Shown piece after piece: positions 25,564 through 32,000 of a DNA stretch of 32,000 nt. The stretch lies in NCBI RefSeq assembly GCF_000025685.1, contig NC_013967.1, forward strand, positions 1,920,001 to 1,952,000, in the 5' to 3' direction. Below the pieces are notes generated by a model. The model saw nothing but the letters and a program-made list of their open reading frames with translations, was not told the DNA's origin and did not search any database. The position numbers and the translations under genes were made by a program. This DNA is from Haloferax volcanii DS2 (GTDB lineage Archaea > Halobacteriota > Halobacteria > Halobacteriales > Haloferacaceae). Numbering within the stretch: position 1 is the stretch's first letter; each line of letters starts with the position of its first letter.

Positions 25564-27240
25564 GTGTTTGACCGATGGCTCACCCTCGAAATCTCCATAG
25601 CGCTGATGTATCTTGGGGTGATTCCATCTGTCGTGAACTGCTGTCTTCTCTGGAAGGAACGTGACAAACCAGGAGTCATCTGGTTTATCTTATCGATGGC
25701 CACGGGGGGCCTCTGGGCACTATTGTTCGCGACGTTCACACTCATCCCGGACCCGGGTCTCACGTTAGCGGTCGCAAATTTCTTCTGGGTGTCGATTCCG
25801 ACTGCCGCAGTGACGTTCTTCTTACTCGCGTACGAGTTCGTTTTCAAACAAACGGTCCCGTCAACCGTCGTTGCTGCGTTGTTCAGCCCACTCGCAGTGC
25901 TATTCGTTCTCTCCTGGAGTAACCCGTACGAGTTGGTCTTTACAACTGCATACTACGTGACCGCCGATGGGGTGTTACATTTTCCAATGTTCGACGGCCC
26001 GCTGAAAGTTCTCGTAACGCAGGTCTATGGCTACCTCCTCGTGTTTCTGGCTGCGGGCATGTTCGTCGGCGAACTGCTCCGGACGAACGGCACACAGCGC
26101 CGACAAACCGTGTACCTCCTGGTCGTGTTTTCGATGCTCGTCGGCTCGACGATGGTTAAGGTCGCGGGGGTCGTTCCGATCTATTTCGATCCCACGTCGG
26201 TCTTGTACTCGTTTTCCGGACTCTTTTTCGCGTATTCGATTCGAGAACACGGGTTGCTGAAGTTCGTTCCCGTCGCTCGCGAACAGACGTTTGATGAGAT
26301 TACGGACCCCATCTTCGTGATTGGCTCTTCCGGGCACATCGTGGATGCGAACCGGGCCGGGAGCCAACTGTCTGATCAGAGTGTCATCGGGACCAAAATC
26401 GAACAACTCATCTCCGAATCCGCCGTGTCTTCGGACGAACAAGACACCGGCGTCATCAAATTAGAACTGGACGGCGGCACGCGGATATTTTCCATCGAAG
26501 CATCCGAAATCGTCTACGGTCGGGGTGTGACCGGGAAAATCGTCGTGTTGAGCGATATTACGGCGCTCAAGGAGCGCGAAGAGGAGTTAGATCTGCTCAA
26601 GCAAGTTCTCTCGCGTATCTTCCGGCATAACATTCGGAACGACCTCAACGTAATCGCGGGGTTTGCGGCGATTATCCGAGACTCAACGAACGGCGAGACC
26701 GCGCGGTCGGCGGACCGCATTCACACGCGTTCGATGAAAGTCGTTGACCAAGCGGCGAAAGCGCGGAAGATCGAGACCGTGCTGTCGTACGCCGAAACGG
26801 ACCAGCGCCCGCTCGAAGAGTACCTCTCCAAGGTCAAACAGAACATGCCGGCCGAGCTGTTGAGCTGTGTCTCGTTCGCTGTCGACGACGTCGTACTCGA
26901 CGCACACCCCCGGTTTGACCTCGCACTCACCGAGTTAATCGAGAACGCTATCTCTCACCACTCCGGCGAGGAGCCGATTGCTGTGCGCGTCACAACCGAC
27001 GTGTCCCCGACGGACGTGACGATTATCGTCGAGGACAACGGACCGGGGTTACCGCCATCCGAATTCGCCGTGTTAGAAGCCGGCGAAGAGACGGACCTCG
27101 AACACGGGTCCGGTATCGGTCTGTGGTTGGTCTACTGGATCGTCTCCCGCTCGAACGGGACGCTCAGTGTGCAGGTCTCCGATTCCGGAACGGAAGTTCG
27201 AATCACACTGAATCGACCGGACTCGACCTCTGACGTTTAG
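25564..27240 (+). CDS. Sensor histidine kinase: N-terminal 7TM domain, PAS, HisKA-like and HATPase_c (558 aa)
   Basis: Seven N-terminal hydrophobic helices, followed by a PAS-like segment (PIFVIGSSGHIVDANRAG...). The H-box is LKQVLSRIFRHNIRNDLNVI. The ATPase motifs are ELIENAISH, EDNGPGLP and GSGIGLWLV. The start is GTG at 25564; the first in-frame Met is codon 15. Confidence 0.85.
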   Translation: MFDRWLTLEISIALMYLGVIPSVVNCCLLWKERDKPGVIWFILSMATGGLWALLFATFTLIPDPGLTLAVANFFWVSIPTAAVTFFLLAYEFVFKQTVPSTVVAALFSPLAVLFVLSWSNPYELVFTTAYYVTADGVLHFPMFDGPLKVLVTQVYGYLLVFLAAGMFVGELLRTNGTQRRQTVYLLVVFSMLVGSTMVKVAGVVPIYFDPTSVLYSFSGLFFAYSIREHGLLKFVPVAREQTFDEITDPIFVIGSSGHIVDANRAGSQLSDQSVIGTKIEQLISESAVSSDEQDTGVIKLELDGGTRIFSIEASEIVYGRGVTGKIVVLSDITALKEREEELDLLKQVLSRIFRHNIRNDLNVIAGFAAIIRDSTNGETARSADRIHTRSMKVVDQAAKARKIETVLSYAETDQRPLEEYLSKVKQNMPAELLSCVSFAVDDVVLDAHPRFDLALTELIENAISHHSGEEPIAVRVTTDVSPTDVTIIVEDNGPGLPPSEFAVLEAGEETDLEHGSGIGLWLVYWIVSRSNGTLSVQVSDSGTEVRITLNRPDSTSDV

Positions 27241-27289
27241 CAACTCCCTGCGACTCCCGCGCCCCCAGTCGTTTGCGAGAGACCGGACA

Positions 27290-27620
27290 CGGCCGCAACA
27301 GTATTGTGTGTATTTGAACTACTACATATGTGAAATGACTATCTTAATATCAATCTATGTTGAGTATTTTTTCCAGAAGGACTGTTGAATTCTGTTACTG
27401 GTCGCTTTCTGACATATATATCCGCATATTAAACTCAAAACGGTTATAAAATATTAAATTAATATTTTTAAAATAGAATTCAATCAATACTCCGGTGCGA
27501 GATATATTTGAAAAATTATTATTCTTAGTTTAGATAATTTCTTTTCTGGTTAGTTATGCTTTAAGTACACATATCTCTTTATTCGAGTCTATGTGAATAT
27601 GTGACCGGAGTTCGATGCCA
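27290..27620. other. AT-rich island (~27% G+C by hand count over 27301..27600) between convergent genes, containing a 21-bp perfect palindrome
   Basis: Hand count gives 80 G+C in 300 nt, against roughly 65-70% in the flanking genes. The palindrome AAAATATTAA-A-TTAATATTTT lies at 27448..27468. The track has no ORF of 60 aa or more here. Confidence 0.8.
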
Positions 27621-27681
27621 GCGTAGTTCTGTTCCTCCATACCCGTCCTCCACGCTGTGAGGGGCGACGGCGCTCGGTCGC

Positions 27682-29784
27682 TTACAGCGTCAGTTCGAAC
27701 TCGACGTCTCGCGCCGACCGACCGATTTCGATGGTGAACGGCCCTTCGAGCGCGGTCCAGCCCGCGGTCTCGTCGTACTCCGTGAACGCGAGGTCGTCGA
27801 TGTCGACGTCGACGGTCACCGTCTCACCGGCCGGAATCGAAACGGCTTCGAAGCCGCCGAGTTCGCTGACGGGCCGGTCGTCGCTCGCGTTCGAGGGTCG
27901 GACGTACGCCTGCACCACCTCGCGACCCGCCCGGTCGGAGACGTTTTCGACCGTGACTTCGACGCGGCGCTCGTCGACGAGTTCCGCGCCGCGGTATTCG
28001 AACGCCGCGTAGGACAGCCCGTAGCCGAACGGATAGACGGGGTCAGCCTCGGTCGCGTCGAAGTACCGGTAGCCGACGAGCAGGTTTTCGTCGTACTGCA
28101 CCTCGCCGTCGATTCCCGGGAACGTCGCGTCGTCGGTCACCGGGTAGTCTTCCTCGTTCGCGAAGGTGACCGGGAGCCGTCCCGATGGGTCGGCGTCACC
28201 GAACAGGACGGCCGCGAGCGCGTCGCCGTCGGCCTGTCCGGGGTACCACGACTCCAGAACCGCGCTCACGTCGTCGCGCCACGGGAGTTCGACGGGGCCG
28301 CTCGACTGGACGACGACGACGGTGTTGTCGTTGACCGCCGCCACGTCTTCGACGAGTTCGTCTTGCCCGCCGGGGAGCGTGAGGTCGTCGCGGTCGACCG
28401 CCTCGGCGGCGGCGTCCTCGACGACGACGACGGCGACATCGGTGTCCGCCGCCGCCGAGACCGCATCGTCGAGTGTGGGGTCCGGTCGCTGGTCGTCGCC
28501 CTCGTCGTCGCCGCCGAAGAACGAGACTTTCTCGATGGGCGGGACGCCGCGCTCGACGGTGACGCTGCCCGTCGCGCGCGCGTCGATTCCCGTCGCCGTC
28601 GGGGCTTCGTGGAGCGCGTCCATCTCCGATGACCCGCCGCCCGTCGAAATCTCCTCGACGCCGGGGCCGATGACCGCAACGTCCGCGTCGTCCGCGAGCG
28701 GGAGTGTGCCGTCGTTCTCCAGGAGGACCGTCCCGCGAGCGGCGATGGTCTCTGCGAGTTCTCGGTGGCCGTCGTCCTCGGGTGGCGATGCCGCACGGCC
28801 CCCGCCGAGCACGCCGATGCGCTCCATCTGTCGGAGTATCCGCGTGACCATGTCGTCCAGTCGCGCGTGCGGGACGTCCCCGCGTTCGACGGCTTCGCGG
28901 AGCGGGCCGCCGAAGTTGCCGGTGTTGGTCATGTCCGGCATCCCGTCCGAAACGTCCGCGGTCTCGCCGAAGACGGCGTCATCGTCGTCTTCGGGGGGTT
29001 CGAGGTCGAACATCTCCCAGAGTTCGTCGCGGGTGACGCCCGGCATTTCGAGATCCAGCCCCCCGTTGGCCGACTCGACTGTGCTGACGGCTCCGAACCA
29101 GTCGGAGACGACGTAGCCGTCGAAGCCCCACTCGCCTTTCAGCACGTCAGTGACGAGTGGGCGGTTCTCGCTCATGAACGAGTCGTTGACGCAGTTGTAG
29201 GCGGTCATGACCGACCCGGCACCGGCGTCGACGGCCGCTTTGAACCCGGGGAGGTAACACTCCCTGAGCGCACGCTCGCTGACGCTCACGTTCACCGACG
29301 CTCGGTGTGTCTCTTGGTTGTTGGCGACGTAGTGTTTCGGGGTCGCGATGACGTCGGCCGACTGGATACCCTCGACGGCCGCCCCGGCGAACGCGGCCGT
29401 GAGAACGGGGTCTTCGGAGTAGTATTCGAAGTTCCGTCCGCAGTGCGGCACCCGAATGAGGTTGAGCCCGGGACCGAGCAGCGCGTCTTGGTCGCGGGCG
29501 TTCGCCTCGCGCCCCATGGCGGCCCCCTGCTCGCGCGCGAGATTCGGGTCGAACGTCGCCGCGAGGGCGATCGACGCGGGAAACAGCGTGGCGGGCGAGC
29601 CGTTGACGCGGACCCCGAGCGGTCCGTCGGCCAGCCTGAACTCCGGAATTCCGAGTCGGTCGACGCCGGGGAGGTAGCCCGTCGCCGTTCCGTCCGGGTC
29701 GACCGCGCCGTGGACGAGTTGGATTTTCTCTTCGAGCGTGAGTTCGTCGACTACCGTCTCAACGTCGGCTTCGGCGGTTTCCAT
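27682..29784 (-). CDS. Glycoside hydrolase family 3 beta-glucosidase (BglX-like), 700 aa, with no signal peptide
   Basis: Track ORF 27682..29889 trimmed to the ATG at 29784 (METAEADVETVVDELTLEEKIQLVHG). GH3 motifs are present: KHYVANNQE, GYVVSDWFGAV (the SDW nucleophile motif) and a C-terminal Fn3-like domain (VSELGGFEAVSIPAGETVTV). Confidence 0.9.
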   Translation of the reverse strand: METAEADVETVVDELTLEEKIQLVHGAVDPDGTATGYLPGVDRLGIPEFRLADGPLGVRVNGSPATLFPASIALAATFDPNLAREQGAAMGREANARDQDALLGPGLNLIRVPHCGRNFEYYSEDPVLTAAFAGAAVEGIQSADVIATPKHYVANNQETHRASVNVSVSERALRECYLPGFKAAVDAGAGSVMTAYNCVNDSFMSENRPLVTDVLKGEWGFDGYVVSDWFGAVSTVESANGGLDLEMPGVTRDELWEMFDLEPPEDDDDAVFGETADVSDGMPDMTNTGNFGGPLREAVERGDVPHARLDDMVTRILRQMERIGVLGGGRAASPPEDDGHRELAETIAARGTVLLENDGTLPLADDADVAVIGPGVEEISTGGGSSEMDALHEAPTATGIDARATGSVTVERGVPPIEKVSFFGGDDEGDDQRPDPTLDDAVSAAADTDVAVVVVEDAAAEAVDRDDLTLPGGQDELVEDVAAVNDNTVVVVQSSGPVELPWRDDVSAVLESWYPGQADGDALAAVLFGDADPSGRLPVTFANEEDYPVTDDATFPGIDGEVQYDENLLVGYRYFDATEADPVYPFGYGLSYAAFEYRGAELVDERRVEVTVENVSDRAGREVVQAYVRPSNASDDRPVSELGGFEAVSIPAGETVTVDVDIDDLAFTEYDETAGWTALEGPFTIEIGRSARDVEFELTL

Positions 29785-29845
29785 CCCTGTGGTCAAGTGC
29801 CGGCAAACGCTCATAAAACGATTGGAAATATGACTAGTATTACTC
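29785..29845 (-). promoter_or_regulatory. Candidate promoter of the GH3 gene, with an adjacent TACT/AGTA-type operator-like site
   Basis: The minus strand reads GAGTAATACTAGTCATATTTCCAATCGTTTTATGAGCG-N22-ATG. The TATA-like TTTTAT (window 29818-29813) ends 28 nt from the ATG, which implies a leaderless or near-leaderless mRNA. The site ACTAGTATTAC at 29833..29843 lies immediately upstream. Confidence 0.4.
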
Positions 29846-29981
29846 GCCGTTCGCCGCCCCGGATTTCGGGTCGAAACCGAACACTGCACTCGAACGACCG
29901 GAAGGAGAACTGCGGAGTCTCGCCTTGAAGCACCGCTGTTTCCCGTTCGGTCGAGAGACCCATCCCATCGACATCATATCC

Positions 29982-29995
29982 GTATTACTAGTATT
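29982..29995. promoter_or_regulatory. Second copy of the motif: GTATTACTAGTATT, containing the palindrome TACTAGTA
   Basis: Read directly. It shares ACTAGTATT and GTATTAC with the 29833..29843 site, an unusual AT-rich string for this genome. Confidence 0.35.
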
Positions 29996-30182
29996 TCTAA
30001 AACGGAATCGCATGCGCGGGGTCGACGCGTTCACGTTGGGACTCGACGCGATGTGTGTGTTCCCCGCGACCAAAGATTACACAAATAAGGGTGTAATCCT
30101 ATCTCGTGCCCACCCGACGTTCGGTCCGTGCCCGTGTTTAGTTCGACGGTACAGGTGTGTATAAAACGGACCTCACGATTCG

Positions 30183-30198
30183 GTAATACCGGTATTAC
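30183..30198. repeat. Perfect 16-bp palindrome GTAATACCGGTATTAC overlapping the stop codon of the upstream GH3 gene
   Basis: Read directly and self-complementary over all 16 nt. It contains the same GTATTAC heptamer. The stop codon TAA is at 30197-30195 on the minus strand. Confidence 0.7.
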
Positions 30199-32000
30199 GA
30201 TATCGCCAGCGTCTGGGTTCGGTCGCCGACGAACAGCTCGTACGCCCCGCTTTCGAGCGTCCGGGAGCCGTCCGGTTTGACGACCCGGAGGTCGTCGGCG
30301 GTGAGCGTTATCATCACCGTTCGCGTCTCGCCCGGCGAGAGCGTGACCTTCGTGAAGCCCTGCAACTCACGGACGGGCGTCACCACGGAGCTGTGTCGGT
30401 GCTCACCGAACAACTGGACCGTCTCGGTTCCCGCGCGGTCGCCGGTGTTCGTCACCGTCACCGACACGGTCACCTCGCCTCCGTCAGCGATGGTCTCCTC
30501 GGACACGTCGAGCGAGTCGTACGTGAACTCCGTGTAGCTCAGCCCGAAGCCGAATTCGAAAAGCGGGTCGTACGACGGGAGATGTTCGTCCATCCCCAAC
30601 GGACTCGGATGCGGAAGCCAGTCGTATCGAACCGGGAAGTCGCCCATCGAGCGGGGGAACGTAATCGGCAGGCGACCGGACGGGTTCGTGTTCCCGACCA
30701 GCACGTCGGCAATCGCGCGACCGCCTTCGAGACCGGGGAAGAACGCGACGACGACCGCGTCGACCTGGTCGAGCACGTCCGTCAGAACCAGCGGTCGCCC
30801 GGTGACGAGCACGAGGACCGTCGGCGTGTCGGTTGCGGCCACGGCGTCCAGTAGGTCCCGCTGTGCCGGTGGCAGTTCCAGCGAGTTCCGTTGCGGGAAG
30901 CCGCCGTTCTCGCCGCGTAGCGACGCCGGGCCGAACTCGTGGAGGTACCACGGCTCACCGAGGACGGCGACCGTCGCGTCGGCGCGTTCGGCGCGACTTG
31001 CGACGGCGTCTCTCCCTGCGGACTCGTCCGAACCCACGCCCGGTTCGTACGTCACCGTCGTTCCGTCGTCGACGACGTGTTCCAAGCCGTCCCGAACGGT
31101 CGGGCCTTCGTTTTCGTCGAAGTCGAACACCGTCCAGCCGCCGAGGAGGTTATCGAGCGAGTCGGCGTTCGGCCCCGTCACGAAGAGTTCGTCCACGTCG
31201 CCCAGCGGCAGCGTCTCCTCGTCGTTCTGCAAGAGGGTCACGGACTGTCGGGCGGCTTCCCTCGACACCCGCCGGTGGTCCTCGGACCCCACGTCGATGA
31301 TTGCAGACCGCGGTGAGACGTACGGGTCCTCGAACAGCCCGAGTTCGAACTTCAGCGCGAGGATGCGCCGCACGCTTCGGTCGAGTAGTGACTCCGGGAG
31401 GTCGCCCGACTCGACCAGTTCACAGAGCGTGTCCGCGTGCTGGGTTCCCCCCACGGACGCGATGTCGAGTCCGGCGGTCGCGACTTGTTCGACCGCCTCG
31501 GCGAACGATGCGGCGGTCTGGTGCCGCTCGACGAGCATCCAGACGGCGAGCCAGTCGGAACAGGTCACGCCCTCGAACCCGAGGCGGTCTCTGAGGAGGT
31601 CGGTCAGGTAGAACGTCGAGGAGTGCGCGGGTTCGTTCCCGAGCGCGTTGTACATGGGCATCACCCCCGCGACCCCCTCGTCGATGGCGCGCTCGAACGG
31701 CGGGAGGAAGACGCGTCGGAGCGTCCCCATCGAGATATCGACGGGTGCCGTGTCCTCGCCGCGGGTCGGCTCACTGCTCGCCGGGTAATGTTTCACCGTC
31801 GCCGCGACTGACGTGGGGTCGCGCAACGACTCACCTTGGAGGCCCCGCGTCTCCGCCGCGACGAACGCCTCGACGAGCGACGAGGACTCGCCGTACGTCT
31901 CGTACGTTCGCCCCCATCGGGGCTCCCGGGCGACGTCCGCGGTCGGAGCGTAGTTCTGGTTCGCGCCGGTCGCCGCCATCTCGACCGCCGTGATTCGCGC
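30195..32000 (-). CDS. Glycoside hydrolase family 3 beta-glucosidase, partial (the N-terminus runs off the window end)
   Basis: The track starts this ORF at the Met at 31979, but the frame stays open to 32000 (ARITAVEMAATGANQNYAPTADVAREPRWGRTYETYGE, the GH3 N-terminal domain core). Other motifs are GVTCSDWLAV (SDW) and the Fn3-like VRELQGFTKVTLSPGETRTV. Confidence 0.88.
   Translation of the reverse strand, partial: ARITAVEMAATGANQNYAPTADVAREPRWGRTYETYGESSSLVEAFVAAETRGLQGESLRDPTSVAATVKHYPASSEPTRGEDTAPVDISMGTLRRVFLPPFERAIDEGVAGVMPMYNALGNEPAHSSTFYLTDLLRDRLGFEGVTCSDWLAVWMLVERHQTAASFAEAVEQVATAGLDIASVGGTQHADTLCELVESGDLPESLLDRSVRRILALKFELGLFEDPYVSPRSAIIDVGSEDHRRVSREAARQSVTLLQNDEETLPLGDVDELFVTGPNADSLDNLLGGWTVFDFDENEGPTVRDGLEHVVDDGTTVTYEPGVGSDESAGRDAVASRAERADATVAVLGEPWYLHEFGPASLRGENGGFPQRNSLELPPAQRDLLDAVAATDTPTVLVLVTGRPLVLTDVLDQVDAVVVAFFPGLEGGRAIADVLVGNTNPSGRLPITFPRSMGDFPVRYDWLPHPSPLGMDEHLPSYDPLFEFGFGLSYTEFTYDSLDVSEETIADGGEVTVSVTVTNTGDRAGTETVQLFGEHRHSSVVTPVRELQGFTKVTLSPGETRTVMITLTADDLRVVKPDGSRTLESGAYELFVGDRTQTLAIS

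Noticed and set aside
27290-27620. Replication origin (DUE)
   Set aside because: There is no adjacent orc1/cdc6 gene and I could find no ORB-like inverted repeats flanking the AT-rich core. The region lies between convergent 3' ends. It is kept only as an unexplained AT-rich island.
28166-29928. Plus-strand ORFs 28166..29116 and 28765..29928, and likewise 30688..31611
   Set aside because: Antisense to the GH3 genes. The products are Ser/Arg-rich low complexity.

Overview
High-GC haloarchaeal chromosome segment with an acidic proteome. The 827-aa product of 3913..6396 matches my recollection of the Haloferax volcanii S-layer glycoprotein Csg: a 34-aa signal peptide, mature N-terminus [15 protein letters not shown], a Thr-rich stalk and a PGF-CTERM tail. 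The window is therefore most likely the H. volcanii csg neighbourhood, though I ran no search. From 1 to about 24.4 kb it is a cell-surface island. It holds csg, five CARDB/COG1361-type or Ig-like secreted proteins, a 1042-aa membrane-anchored beta-helix protein, an RND/MMPL exporter and a MacB/FtsX-type ABC exporter. One of the secreted-protein genes is split by a tnpB-only IS200/IS605 (IS1341-type) element. The island also carries a TrmB-family regulator and a PH-domain membrane protein. Downstream lie a UbiA-like membrane protein, a 7TM-PAS histidine kinase, a roughly 330-bp island of about 27% G+C, and two tandem cytoplasmic GH3 beta-glucosidase genes. Two CDSs run off the window edges, and the one at 1..1572(-) is absent from the ORF track. 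The most interesting points follow. (1) COG1361/CARDB proteins with a single C-terminal TM helix are operon-coupled to two mechanistically different exporters, RND and MacB-type ABC, and a divergent gene-pair architecture occurs twice. (2) The IS insertion can be reconstructed to the nucleotide, which gives a predicted omega-RNA guide and TAM flank. The element's left end also carries an exact 44-bp tandem duplication of its hairpin. (3) A 673-bp structured non-coding gap carries RNase-P-like core motifs that I cannot resolve by hand. (4) TACT/AGTA-type palindromes lie around the GH3 promoter. (5) A Ca-binding-like DxDxDGxID module is shared by two otherwise unrelated surface proteins. Many long ORFs in the track are antisense shadows of real genes and are rejected.
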